A DNA stretch of 64,000 nt from Enterobacter phage phiEap-3, in the sequence record KT321315.1; one strand, written 5' to 3'. Below the pieces are notes generated by a model. It was not told the DNA's origin. It saw nothing but the letters and a program-made list of their open reading frames with translations, and searched no databases. The translations under genes were made by a program, and so were the position numbers. Shown in pieces: positions 17,759 to 27,293 of the stretch (the first letter of the stretch is position 1; each line of letters starts with the position of its first letter).

Positions 17759-18349
17759 TTATTCATCCTCTTCGATAGGGGTATAATAATGCGCATTGCA
17801 GATATACGCAAGAACTTTTTTCAGAGACATATCCGAGAATGTCGGATCCTGATTTCGTCTCATCCCACTACCAGTTTCAACAGCCCAACGTTTGTTAGCT
17901 GGATTGTATGTCAGCCAGTAACAATCCCATTCAGACAGAGTATGTTCGAACAGATCGAAACGCTTACGCCCATTTGCTTGCGGCCTAACAAAAGGTTCAA
18001 CCATTTCTAAAGCGGTTAAAACTCGATTAAGGTTTGAACCGTCTTCATCCATCGCGATCCGCAAACAGTACTGGTTAATGTCCGGATCCATACCATCGAT
18101 ACCCAGGCCGATAGATTCGAAAAATTGTGTCGCCGCGTGATAAGACACACTAGAAGAACGATATTCCAACATCACGGGGATCTTTTCCCCATCCTTGACG
18201 TTGTTAATGATATCCTGATCGATAAGTTCAATCAGGTCTCTTTTATCCTTGATCAAGGTAGAAATTTCTTCTTGCAGAGGGGCTATCTGTGCATGAAGTT
18301 CTTTGATCCGTTGATCAATTACGGTTACTTCGAAAGCTAAATTTCTCAT
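17759..18349 (-). CDS. hypothetical protein (about 196 aa)
   Basis: ORF. Confidence 0.45.
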   Translation of the reverse strand: MRNLAFEVTVIDQRIKELHAQIAPLQEEISTLIKDKRDLIELIDQDIINNVKDGEKIPVMLEYRSSSVSYHAATQFFESIGLGIDGMDPDINQYCLRIAMDEDGSNLNRVLTALEMVEPFVRPQANGRKRFDLFEHTLSEWDCYWLTYNPANKRWAVETGSGMRRNQDPTFSDMSLKKVLAYICNAHYYTPIEEDE

Positions 18350-18492
18350 TGTACCCATTCCCCGTTTTTGTCAATGTACATGATCCAATCAGCAACCGCC
18401 CAATGGGAAGTATTGCCTTTCGGAGTCGCTACGATGTAGGAACCAGCTTTAAACAGTACGCGTTTAGTTTCGTTCAGGATCAGGTCGCTCAT
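18346..18492 (-). CDS. small hypothetical protein (48 aa, MSDLILNETKRVLFKAGSYIVATPKGNTSHWAVADWIMYIDKNGEWVQ)
   Basis: Not in the ORF track. Follows a PeSL cassette with an RBS (gagagga). TGA/ATG overlap with the next gene. Confidence 0.3.
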   Translation of the reverse strand: MSDLILNETKRVLFKAGSYIVATPKGNTSHWAVADWIMYIDKNGEWVQ

Positions 18493-18560
18493 AATGTATT
18501 CCTCTCAATTAGATGCATCTATAATAAAAAAGCCCCAGACCGAAGTCAAGGGCTTTTTGT
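18493..18560 (-). repeat. PeSL-like cassette (hairpin aagccccagaccgaagtcaagggctt + T-run + TTATTATAG + leader)
   Basis: Same hairpin family as at 2208 and 12130. Confidence 0.55.
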
Positions 18561-19201
18561 CAAATGATTTGTTTTTCTTCTAACAGCTTCGCGGTTGTAT
18601 TAACCATACGAGCATAATCACGGGCTTCTTTCTTTGTATACTTGAAACCAGCGTTATAGCTCGCCAGCGCCTTTTTCAAGTCGCCTTTGTGGTAATCAAG
18701 CCAGTACTCCAGTTCATAGATCGCATACTTCGATCCACCTTGAAGAGTTTCGAGCTTTTTGATTACTACGCGTTTAGGATATGACTTATCCATTCGTGCG
18801 CTGGCGCTCCTTGCGGTAACTTGCCAGCATCCATAAGCGTGATGGCCTTTTTTACCTTTACCGACATTCTCACATGCGCGAGACTCGATCCAGGCAATAG
18901 CCGCTAAATGATAGCCTAAACGTTTAGCCTTATCTTTTTCTACAGGTTTTGCAGTCTTCAAATCATAGTTGTGTCCAACTCGATAAGCATACTCCAGAAC
19001 CTCTTTCTGCTTCGGTGTGATGTTATCCAAATCCTTGATGTAGGATGGAGAATTTTTGTTTGCCGGAGGCTTTACAGTAGCCTTTTGTAAAGGCAATTGA
19101 TGAGTAGGCAAATCCGCAATGAAATCCCCTAGCGGATCCGTCGCAGCGTTGCCAGAAAAAGAGCACAAGAAAATGCTGGCAGCAATAATAATTTTCTTCA
19201 T
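18560..19201 (-). CDS. secreted lytic transglycosylase (SLT domain)
   Basis: Signal peptide MKKIIIAASIFLCSFSGNA. SLT catalytic region AIAWIESRA...GCWQV (ES motif). Confidence 0.65.
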   Translation of the reverse strand: MKKIIIAASIFLCSFSGNAATDPLGDFIADLPTHQLPLQKATVKPPANKNSPSYIKDLDNITPKQKEVLEYAYRVGHNYDLKTAKPVEKDKAKRLGYHLAAIAWIESRACENVGKGKKGHHAYGCWQVTARSASARMDKSYPKRVVIKKLETLQGGSKYAIYELEYWLDYHKGDLKKALASYNAGFKYTKKEARDYARMVNTTAKLLEEKQII

Positions 19202-19265
19202 TTTAATACCTATGTTGCAAAAAGAGGGGCAATAATACACCCCACTTTATATTTATGCAACTATT

Positions 19266-19820
19266 TTAGATAGTTTTCGCGTCACGTAGTTTATCAGCGA
19301 TAAACTCAGCAATGTTATAATTTGAAATAGCCTTGTTAGGATCGTATAGTGCAGTGATTTCATCTAACGATACCATAACGGCATGTTTAAAGTAGACACT
19401 CCAGCTAGTAGTAAGGATCTCGCTGTTGTCAAACCCACAGTTAGGGCTGAACAACGCGCGGTATTTGTACCCACTGTATTTCGTCAGACGATTCGTGCTG
19501 TGCGCATCACTGGTGATCAGAAAAGTTCCCTGGTGGGTTTCCACAACGAAAAAGTATCCGAGGCGTTCTTTGTTGTCCAGCATCTTTTCAAACTTGCGAT
19601 CGGTTTCTTCGCGAACAATACGAGAAGTCAGCATTTCCAACACTTTATCATATTCAGGCCAATCATTCTCGATCACGATCGCATCAAATGGTTTCTTACC
19701 ATTAATCCCGCGCCCGATTTCGATTTTCATGCAAATTTCGTTGAACGTTTTTAAATCTTCTGGCGTCAGTTCTTTAAGATCGCTCAATTTTGCTACATAA
19801 TAACGTTTTTCTAGTTTCAT
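19266..19820 (-). CDS. hypothetical protein (184 aa)
   Basis: ORF. Confidence 0.45.
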   Translation of the reverse strand: MKLEKRYYVAKLSDLKELTPEDLKTFNEICMKIEIGRGINGKKPFDAIVIENDWPEYDKVLEMLTSRIVREETDRKFEKMLDNKERLGYFFVVETHQGTFLITSDAHSTNRLTKYSGYKYRALFSPNCGFDNSEILTTSWSVYFKHAVMVSLDEITALYDPNKAISNYNIAEFIADKLRDAKTI

Positions 19821-19832
19821 TTTACGGAAACC

Positions 19833-20036
19833 TCAATTCAAAAATAATTTCACAGAGTTACCACATTTAGGACATGTGATAAATTTTTTCACGACATAAT
19901 CAGCAGCAGAGAAAAATCCATTGTAAATCGATTCTCTCTTTTGCTGTATATCAGATAATTCGTATTCTAACCCACTTTTACAGCAACTGCAAACAGTAAT
20001 TAGTTTTTGGCTATGGATGACAGTAATCATATACAC
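19833..20036 (-). CDS. small zinc-ribbon protein (CSCC...CPKCG)
   Basis: Two Cys pairs. RBS gaggtg. Confidence 0.4.
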   Translation of the reverse strand: MYMITVIHSQKLITVCSCCKSGLEYELSDIQQKRESIYNGFFSAADYVVKKFITCPKCGNSVKLFLN

Positions 20037-20045
20037 CTCACAAAA

Positions 20046-20066
20046 AGGGGGCTTTCGCCCCCATCA
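20046..20066 (-). terminator. GC hairpin terminator (gggggctttcgccccc + T-run) after phoH
   Basis: Perfect 6-bp GC stem. TTTTT on the minus strand, immediately before the RBS of the next gene. Confidence 0.5.
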
Positions 20067-21410
20067 TTAGAAATTGTCTTCGACAAACGCCGCGAGACGG
20101 GAACGATACACTGTATCAAGAATGATATGGCTTGAGTGTTCGTATTCTTTCAGCTTTTCAACAGCCCATACAAACCCGTTGTTTACGGCAGTGTTTCGAG
20201 GGTTATCGATCTGCTTAATGTTCCCGCATAGTATCAGAAGTGTGTTCTCTCCGCAACGAGAAATGATAGATTTAATTTCGTGGTTGCTAAGGTTTTGACA
20301 TTCATCAACAATTAGCACAGAACCTTTGCCCGGATCCGGATGTCCGATACTGCGACCACGGAAGTAATACAGGCTAGGGAATTGCACCACCCCTTTTTCA
20401 ATCAAACCTTCAATGTATTTTTCAGATTCCGGATTATCCTTAAACAGAATATTCAGGCTAGTAATACAAGGTTCGATAGAAGGCCGGAGTTTTTCGCCCA
20501 ATGTACCAGGAAGGAAGCCAATTTCACTTGATAACGGGCTATCTGACTTCACATACATCAAGTTAGCGTAATGTCCACTATTAACCAGGTGCATAGCACC
20601 GGAAACAGCAAGCATTGTTTTACCAGAACCAGCGCCGCCCATAATGGTAGCAACATCGATTTCATTGCTCATAATGGATTCAACGAAAGCCGCTTGCAGA
20701 GAATCACGGGGCTGAATAGCTTTCATGAGTTTGCGTTTCATAGCCTGTTCGTGCTTAACAGGTAAGACATTCAAGCAAATCTCATCAGCAGTCACCACAC
20801 GCCCGACTAACTCACCATTTGAGGTAATGTACTGGTTAGGATAAAAATCTTCGTCAGGAAGCGAACTGTAAGTGATTTGGGCTACATTATCCGTATATCC
20901 CAACACTTCTACGGTATCCCAGAAATCAGGGATCTCTACATAACCGGAATACAACACATCGCTATCTTTTAACGTATCGTCGCCAGTATACTGTTCTACC
21001 TTACACCCACGGGACATTGCGATCAGCAACATCATAATATCGCGAGTAACTAAGGTTGCATCCTGTTGCATACAAGTTTCAATGATTCGTTCGTCTTGCT
21101 TGTCAAGAGCAAACGTTTTGTTTCCGACATAATCAACCACTTTAAGGGTGATAGTGTCAGACAGTGCTGGGTTTGTCAGGTTTAAAGGAATACCTGATTT
21201 CGTAATCGCATCATATGACTGACCGAAAATAACTTTTGACAGAAGCCGGATCGCCAATCGTGCTTCGTGCGCTGTTCGTTCTTTCGTTTTCAGGTGATCT
21301 AATTCACCCATAGTAGCAGAGGTAATAATGATTTCTGTACCAGGTTGAGTGAATGAATAGATTGAATAGGGGTTCGAGACTAAAACGTTAGTGTCTAAAA
21401 CATATTTCAT
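20067..21410 (-). CDS. phoH: PhoH-like ATPase with N-terminal PIN domain (YlaK-like)
   Basis: N-terminus MKYVLDTNVL (PIN-like). Walker A GGAGSGKT and Walker B LIVDEC. 447 aa. Confidence 0.8.
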   Translation of the reverse strand: MKYVLDTNVLVSNPYSIYSFTQPGTEIIITSATMGELDHLKTKERTAHEARLAIRLLSKVIFGQSYDAITKSGIPLNLTNPALSDTITLKVVDYVGNKTFALDKQDERIIETCMQQDATLVTRDIMMLLIAMSRGCKVEQYTGDDTLKDSDVLYSGYVEIPDFWDTVEVLGYTDNVAQITYSSLPDEDFYPNQYITSNGELVGRVVTADEICLNVLPVKHEQAMKRKLMKAIQPRDSLQAAFVESIMSNEIDVATIMGGAGSGKTMLAVSGAMHLVNSGHYANLMYVKSDSPLSSEIGFLPGTLGEKLRPSIEPCITSLNILFKDNPESEKYIEGLIEKGVVQFPSLYYFRGRSIGHPDPGKGSVLIVDECQNLSNHEIKSIISRCGENTLLILCGNIKQIDNPRNTAVNNGFVWAVEKLKEYEHSSHIILDTVYRSRLAAFVEDNF

Positions 21411-21465
21411 AGAAAATTCCTGATTTGATTACGGGGTACGCGGATTCGCACCCCGCGTACTGCAA

Positions 21466-21924
21466 TCACATACCCAGCGAAATTACGTGAATATATGCTA
21501 ATGGATGTTTCTTTTGTACACAATGCATGAGTGTATTATACACAATGTCCATGCGTTCATTGCGCGTAAGATCACACTCATCAAAAATAAGGTTTATTGC
21601 CTGGTGCTCTATTCGACGTCCACGGAAATGATTAAGAATTGCCCCTTTACTGGTCAATACATCACATCCGGTAGCACCATTTAGCTGTTTGACGTCTTGT
21701 GCTGCATTTAACGTATGCGCTACGTAAATGTTAAGGGAACTATGGGAACGTTTCATAAAATCAAACGCGCCTTTAGTCTTTTGCGTTTCTCTGCCCAGAT
21801 CCAGCCTGGTTTCGAATACCATAAAATCGTTAGGGCCGTAATTATGCGTTGGTTCTTCCAACTCTCGCATAAGATGCATCTTACGACATTCTTCAATTGT
21901 CTTTACATAAAATTCACTATTCAT
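21466..21924 (-). CDS. hypothetical protein (152 aa)
   Basis: ORF. Confidence 0.45.
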   Translation of the reverse strand: MNSEFYVKTIEECRKMHLMRELEEPTHNYGPNDFMVFETRLDLGRETQKTKGAFDFMKRSHSSLNIYVAHTLNAAQDVKQLNGATGCDVLTSKGAILNHFRGRRIEHQAINLIFDECDLTRNERMDIVYNTLMHCVQKKHPLAYIHVISLGM

Positions 21925-21955
21925 GTTTTACCTTTAAGGGGCCAAAGCCCCTTTG

Positions 21956-22351
21956 TTACGCTAATTCCACATGCGGGGCATCAATGAATTTTGTTTCGAT
22001 TGGAAGGTTCGGATCATTTTTCCAGTTGATACCAAAACGCAGTTTAACACCCAGTTCATCACCTGCTTGTTTAACAGCATTCAGGACAGGCAACCACACT
22101 TTAGGGTTTGTTTGCCAGCCTTGAGGCAACACGCTAGGATACAGATCCACAGCATCACCCGTGATGTGTTTTGAGTTCATTGTTTGAGATACACCCTTAC
22201 GGACGTTCTCGCGCTGTTGTTCCACAGTACGCAGACCTTCACGTACACCAAAATCAACAGGAGACAGTTGCAGAGCACGTTCTACGACTTTCACCAGTTG
22301 AGGTTTAACACCTTTAAGGTTGTTAAGGCTTTTTTGACTGAATTTAAACAT
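21956..22351 (-). CDS. endolysin, peptidase M15 (L-alanyl-D-glutamate / D-Ala-D-Ala carboxypeptidase-like)
   Basis: SKHITGDAVDL ... DAPHVE: the Zn-binding H-x6-D and H motifs of VanY/M15 peptidases. 131 aa. Confidence 0.65.
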   Translation of the reverse strand: MFKFSQKSLNNLKGVKPQLVKVVERALQLSPVDFGVREGLRTVEQQRENVRKGVSQTMNSKHITGDAVDLYPSVLPQGWQTNPKVWLPVLNAVKQAGDELGVKLRFGINWKNDPNLPIETKFIDAPHVELA

Positions 22352-22362
22352 AAATCACCTCT

Positions 22363-22403
22363 TGTAAAAATACCCTGTTTGGGTACACAGGGTATTTATG
22401 GTT
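22363..22403 (-). promoter_or_regulatory. late-promoter-like CATAAATA overlapping a 9-bp-stem hairpin (ataccctgt...acagggtat) upstream of the endolysin
   Basis: On the minus strand: ccATAAATAccctgtgtacccaaacagggtatttttacaagaggtgatttATG. Confidence 0.45.
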
Positions 22404-22418
22404 TAAGAGGTTCGATAA

Positions 22419-22820
22419 TTAATAATCGTAAAGATCACCGAAGCATAATTCAAATTCACGTTTACGTTTCATCTGTTCTTCTTTTCGCTCTTTCATATCA
22501 GGAGGAAGACGGTCTTCATTGACTTCATCAATATAAGCCTGTGCATCCTCTTTTGTTAGAAAGAACGCATGGAAGTTATATCCGTTACGACCATTCATAC
22601 TACGGTCGTCAAGAGAGAATTGAGTGTGACAGTCCCAGTCATCAAACAGGGTGATGCATTTTGCAAACAGCCCGATACCGCGATTCATATAAGGGAAGCC
22701 AGTAACAATCATCTTTCTACCCATTTCCGCCTTTTCGCCGTCCACGCAGAATACTTCATACATGATCGCACCTGGTTTAACATCTTTCTTAACAGCACGT
22801 TTTTCAAAAGCACTTTTCAT
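22419..22820 (-). CDS. hypothetical protein (133 aa)
   Basis: ORF. Confidence 0.45.
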   Translation of the reverse strand: MKSAFEKRAVKKDVKPGAIMYEVFCVDGEKAEMGRKMIVTGFPYMNRGIGLFAKCITLFDDWDCHTQFSLDDRSMNGRNGYNFHAFFLTKEDAQAYIDEVNEDRLPPDMKERKEEQMKRKREFELCFGDLYDY

Positions 22821-22874
22821 AATATATTCCTCTCAATTGGTGTAACTACAGACTACTAGTTTATTTTCTGGATG

Positions 22875-23198
22875 TCAACAAGGTTTATCGTTTTTTGACG
22901 GAAAAGTTAGAGTGAATAAACGATCGTGAAGGTTGTCGATCCGTTCACAAGCCTGTTTCAGTATGGTTTTATCACCATCATTTGTTGTTTCAATGCATCC
23001 AAGTTCATCGGCGTCAATGTTCACTACATCGCTCATCAATGAAGCAAACACGTTAGCATCAGGATGTAACAGTTCTTCGATTTCGGCCTTCATGCCGTCG
23101 TGTTCAGAAAGGATATCAATAATATCGCGGGTTAAATCTCCCTGGTACGGGAACCCTGTTTCTAAATGATTAATGATCCTTTGTGCTTTCGTAATCAT
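22875..23198 (-). CDS. hypothetical acidic protein (107 aa)
   Basis: ORF following a terminator and RBS. Confidence 0.45.
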   Translation of the reverse strand: MITKAQRIINHLETGFPYQGDLTRDIIDILSEHDGMKAEIEELLHPDANVFASLMSDVVNIDADELGCIETTNDGDKTILKQACERIDNLHDRLFTLTFPSKNDKPC

Positions 23199-23211
23199 AA
23201 TTTTACCTACA

Positions 23212-23232
23212 AAAAAGCCCCTTTCGGGGCTA
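23212..23232 (-). terminator. rho-independent terminator (agcccctttcggggct + TTTTTT)
   Basis: GC hairpin with a UUCG-type loop and a T-run on the minus strand. Confidence 0.6.
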
Positions 23233-23237
23233 GTTAA

Positions 23238-23501
23238 TTAGAGTTCACAGCAACGGCACACACCGTATTTTGTAAATGGAGCATCACCGCTAACGTAGGC
23301 CCAGAAATCACATGCTTCTTCGGCAGTATCGAAGATTGCGGCATCATAGAACCCGTGGGCTTCGTTACCGTTCTCATCGATGAAAACCGGAGTCCAGATA
23401 TTAGGATTGAAGCAATCGTCAACAACAACCCAACCTTCTTTAGCTTTCATTGCTTCTTTGTTGACTTCGATGTGAGCTAAGATTTCGTTCATGATGTCCA
23501 T
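23238..23501 (-). CDS. hypothetical protein, C-terminal CRCC (87 aa)
   Basis: ORF. Confidence 0.4.
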   Translation of the reverse strand: MDIMNEILAHIEVNKEAMKAKEGWVVVDDCFNPNIWTPVFIDENGNEAHGFYDAAIFDTAEEACDFWAYVSGDAPFTKYGVCRCCEL

Positions 23502-23570
23502 TTTTCTCTCCTAAAGTGTGTTTCGTTTCGACAGGGCTATAGTCTCATAACCCCGTATCTACGTCAACAC

Positions 23571-23831
23571 TTATTTGAAGCGAATTGTGCTATTTTTGAA
23601 AAATAATCCAGAGCACACCGCACCTTCAATTTTCACCCCTGTAGGGCTTTTAGCAACGAACCCTGTTGCGTAGGTGTCTTTCTCATCACATGCAAACCAG
23701 GCGTGGCCTGTGTACGTGATATCGGTAAACCCGTTAGCAGTCAGAATACGTTCGGCTTCTTTCTCATCGGTGCATCCGGATTGTGCTAAAACGACAATAA
23801 CGACTAACACCAAAGCAATAATATATTTCAT
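23571..23831 (-). CDS. putative lipoprotein (lipobox LAQSGC)
   Basis: Signal peptide MKYIIALVLVVIVVLAQSG|C. 86 aa. Could be an o-spanin or a superinfection-exclusion lipoprotein; not resolved. Confidence 0.5.
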   Translation of the reverse strand: MKYIIALVLVVIVVLAQSGCTDEKEAERILTANGFTDITYTGHAWFACDEKDTYATGFVAKSPTGVKIEGAVCSGLFFKNSTIRFK

Positions 23832-23832
23832 G

Positions 23833-24264
23833 TTAAACTCTTTTTAAGTTGGTTTTACTGGCTTCAATCCAGTACACGGGATCAGAATAGTTACCGCACA
23901 TACCCAGTAACACAGTTGTACACCCTAAATGATCGGAAGGTCGCAATCCATCAGGATGAAAAGGCAATTCGTTAACACCAATACTGGTAGCAAAAAGAGC
24001 ACCTCCAGTACTGTAAAATGTTTTGATATGATCGTATGCATCATCAGGCCACTGAAAACGATAAGTTTTATTATCAATGGTTACTGTATACATATCATAT
24101 TCCGTAAACAACGGATCTTTTCCTTGTGTTGCCCCATACAGAGCACCGCGCCACTCAACCAGATTTGCTTCAATGTCGCTTACACAAATTTCGTTACCCA
24201 TACGCAAATCATGAAGGATCCCTTCAATGGTACGAATAGCCCCGCTAAGTTCATTAGTTAACAT
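23833..24264 (-). CDS. hypothetical protein (143 aa)
   Basis: ORF, coupled to the lipoprotein gene. Confidence 0.45.
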   Translation of the reverse strand: MLTNELSGAIRTIEGILHDLRMGNEICVSDIEANLVEWRGALYGATQGKDPLFTEYDMYTVTIDNKTYRFQWPDDAYDHIKTFYSTGGALFATSIGVNELPFHPDGLRPSDHLGCTTVLLGMCGNYSDPVYWIEASKTNLKRV

Positions 24265-24275
24265 ATAGTTTCCTT

Positions 24276-24530
24276 TTAAAGTCTTTCCAGCATATCAGGC
24301 CCGAATGCCATAACAAAAGAACCCCTCAACGCTTGCCACTTTTTATGGAGGCGCTTAGGTACGTTTACTTGCAAACGATCCATTTTACGAATAAGTTCTA
24401 ATGCATCGTTGCTTGTGATTTCATTGTAACCAGGATTTATAGTTGCGATCCCATATCTAAACGCCATTCCAGCTTCTGTATTTCCAACAAAAACAGAGGC
24501 TTTCATTTCATCAAAAGATTGTTCAAACAT
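24276..24530 (-). CDS. hypothetical protein (84 aa)
   Basis: ORF. Confidence 0.4.
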   Translation of the reverse strand: MFEQSFDEMKASVFVGNTEAGMAFRYGIATINPGYNEITSNDALELIRKMDRLQVNVPKRLHKKWQALRGSFVMAFGPDMLERL

Positions 24531-24713
24531 GAGATCAGTTCCTTTAAATTGGTTTAATGGTTTTCAGGTGTAGTTTAGCATAAGAAGAACCAAATGAGTT
24601 ACCATTATGATCGAACTTATGTTCTTCACTCTTCCAGTATTTCCCCGATTTCATCAAGGGTATACGCTTCTTACCTGCTGTTATCGTTTCAACCATTCCG
24701 GTATGTGTGAAAA

Positions 24714-25061
24714 TCATACAATACCCTCTTCTTCGAGCACTTCCCAGATCAGGCGATCCAGGTGCATCAGGTTCCACATAACAGAGTCATAAGAACCCAG
24801 TGAGCGGGAGTAAATAACTCCCCATGAACGATACGCCTTTTGGAATTCCCCTGCACTATCTACATCATACGGCATATCATCACCGGAAGCAATCAAAAGT
24901 TTTAGGATCATCAGACTGTTCAGAAGTTTTGAACTAGCGTCTTGTGCTTGTACTTTTGCACAATAATTTTCAATAATCGCTTTTGCCTTTGGTTCGGTGA
25001 TGCGTCCATTTTTGCATCGCTCTTTGTACACATACATAAGTTCATCGATTATTTCTTGCAT
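24714..25061 (-). CDS. hypothetical protein (115 aa)
   Basis: ORF. Confidence 0.4.
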   Translation of the reverse strand: MQEIIDELMYVYKERCKNGRITEPKAKAIIENYCAKVQAQDASSKLLNSLMILKLLIASGDDMPYDVDSAGEFQKAYRSWGVIYSRSLGSYDSVMWNLMHLDRLIWEVLEEEGIV

Positions 25062-25395
25062 ACATTCTTTCCTTCTGTTCTGTGCTCATGCCATACAACT
25101 GAGAGCGTATACGGTCTTGTATACGACGCGTTTCGTTTTGCATCAGTTGGTTTGAAAGAATCAAATCGACTACCGCGCCGCGAACTTTCCATAGATAATC
25201 AATCATCGCCATATCTTCATCAGTATGGAAACCTTTCGCATCACATTCATAGATAATGCTTTGTCTTTCCGCCATTGCCATTTCTGCTGTCGCCGGAGTA
25301 GCCAGAGAATATTCATACTTCTCGATCAACGATTCCAGTGTACGCGGTTTTACTGGAATGTCAATAGCTATTGGACGAATCATATGCACCCCCAA
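25042..25395 (-). CDS. hypothetical protein (117 aa)
   Basis: ORF. Confidence 0.4.
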   Translation of the reverse strand: MGVHMIRPIAIDIPVKPRTLESLIEKYEYSLATPATAEMAMAERQSIIYECDAKGFHTDEDMAMIDYLWKVRGAVVDLILSNQLMQNETRRIQDRIRSQLYGMSTEQKERMYARNNR

Positions 25396-25676
25396 TTCTC
25401 GCCATCTGCTTTAATCTGTAAATTAGCCAGGAATGAAAACATAATATCACAGTTGCTTTCGATTAGATAGCGATATTTTAATACCGTGCTCACTTCTTCC
25501 GGTTCTACCGTAGTAACCTTAATGTCTTTAGCACAAAGGTCATAATCGTTACAGTACCCGTCAATATCCATAAGCGTTTTGTTTTCATCTGGATATAATT
25601 CCAGCAGGTATGCGTCTTCATCAGTTACCAGCGCAACTATCCGGTTGCGCCTTGTGTTATAGGTTAAGATCTTCAT
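25380..25676 (-). CDS. hypothetical protein (98 aa)
   Basis: ORF. Confidence 0.4.
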   Translation of the reverse strand: MKILTYNTRRNRIVALVTDEDAYLLELYPDENKTLMDIDGYCNDYDLCAKDIKVTTVEPEEVSTVLKYRYLIESNCDIMFSFLANLQIKADGENWGCI

Positions 25677-26935
25677 TTCAATTCCACCGCGTACACATCC
25701 AATTCAGGGGCTTTGTGTACGCGCATATCTTTACCACATACAGCATAAGCCGGACAGTTACGGCAACCGTTATGATCCTTGTTACCAATCAATTCCTGAC
25801 GGAATTTCTTAGTTTTCGGATGTTCCCAGATATCTTTGATAAAGTCACTGGCTTCCAGGACGTTAAGCCCTTCTGACCATCCACCCTCGACCCAACCTTC
25901 GGTAAAGGAACAAGGGAAGAATTCACCCTTCTCGTTGATGTACGAGCTAAACATAGTAGCTTCGCAATCTTCCGCATACTGTTTGTACTGTTCAAAATTT
26001 TCATGCCCTTCCATAGCCTCTACAAAGGCCGGAGCGGAACAAGAATCAAAACCGAACCCTACACCAGATTCAAGGCAATACTCTACCAGAGCTTTATACT
26101 GCTCGCGTGTAACGGTATCCCAGTTCTTCCCACGGCCTTTTTGTTTCAGACCCAGGAATACGATCGCGTTAACTTGTTTCAAACGCGGATCATTCTTCAC
26201 AGCATCAACCACGTTAAACGCATCATCATAGGTTTTAGAGCTAACCATGAAATGAAGGTTGATTTGCTGTTGTCCGGCTTCCGCCAGATTAGCCACTGAA
26301 TTAAATGCGACATCGAATCCAGCATGTTTGTATACTGATACCGCAACAGCCCCAGCAACAGCCGCTAAACGCGCTGCAACGTCTTTTGATACATCAGCAA
26401 TGGTAAGGTTAGGCACAATGCCTTTAGAACGCGCATAGGCCATCATATCAAACATATCAGGGTTTGTTTGTCCCTGTGCATCAGCACCGAGGGCGCATTG
26501 TGTTAACCAGGGCATTTTATCAATGATAGATTTGAATGTATCAAGATCCATATTGAAGCCGTTAGGGTTATTAGACTTGTAGCAGAAACCGCAAAGTTTA
26601 CCAGCGGGGCCATTGCATTTAGTTGTGATCTCAATATCGAGAATTTCAGGGAATGGGGCATAGGTAGGATCAGTTTCGAACGATGTTCCCCAGCGAGCAA
26701 ACTCACCAGTTTTAACGTTGAAATTGTAGTTATACCACTTAGAGCGAGCGTAACGGATATCACCATCTTGATAGATGAACAGGGTAGGAGCTTTCAGAAC
26801 AGTTTGTGCGTTATTCATAATATAATTCTCAAAATCTAACATGGGATTGGAAGACAGCGCGAGCGAGACTTTCATTATCAAACGGTATTGATTGGTGTTG
26901 CCCTTTGCTATCAATGTTAACGCGCCAAAATTCAC
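25673..26935 (-). CDS. Cys-rich radical-SAM/SPASM-like protein (tentative), 420 aa
   Basis: N-terminal Cys cluster ITTKCNGPAGKLCGFCY (non-canonical CxnCxxC spacing). C-terminal Cys clusters CSAPAF...CEATMF...CSF...CRNCPAYAVC, as in SPASM/twitch domains. Confidence 0.45.
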   Translation of the reverse strand: MNFGALTLIAKGNTNQYRLIMKVSLALSSNPMLDFENYIMNNAQTVLKAPTLFIYQDGDIRYARSKWYNYNFNVKTGEFARWGTSFETDPTYAPFPEILDIEITTKCNGPAGKLCGFCYKSNNPNGFNMDLDTFKSIIDKMPWLTQCALGADAQGQTNPDMFDMMAYARSKGIVPNLTIADVSKDVAARLAAVAGAVAVSVYKHAGFDVAFNSVANLAEAGQQQINLHFMVSSKTYDDAFNVVDAVKNDPRLKQVNAIVFLGLKQKGRGKNWDTVTREQYKALVEYCLESGVGFGFDSCSAPAFVEAMEGHENFEQYKQYAEDCEATMFSSYINEKGEFFPCSFTEGWVEGGWSEGLNVLEASDFIKDIWEHPKTKKFRQELIGNKDHNGCRNCPAYAVCGKDMRVHKAPELDVYAVELK

Positions 26936-27031
26936 TAGAACAATTTTCAGTGGAGTAGTTCAACAGCGTTACCGTTTTATTCTTTTCCAAAAATACTCGT
27001 TTGTCAATCTCTGTTTTGATTACGTGTTCCA

Positions 27032-27289
27032 TCATTTTACCCACCGTTGTTTGCGTTCGTCAGCCAGTTCTTTTTTGTACACCTTGATGTATTCACCGTT
27101 CAAGGCACGGAGATTTGAAAATACACGATTGAAAAGATTTTTCTTTTCTTTGTATGCCGGAGACATACGGATCGATTCAATAGTCATACCCATTTCATTT
27201 TTAGGATACGCTCTTAACTCTGCGCCGATCTCATCGATCCATTTTTGGTACAGATCACGCTTTTCTTTGTACTGTTCAAAAGTCAACAT
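27032..27289 (-). CDS. hypothetical protein (85 aa)
   Basis: ORF. Confidence 0.4.
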   Translation of the reverse strand: MLTFEQYKEKRDLYQKWIDEIGAELRAYPKNEMGMTIESIRMSPAYKEKKNLFNRVFSNLRALNGEYIKVYKKELADERKQRWVK

Positions 27290-27293
27290 AACA

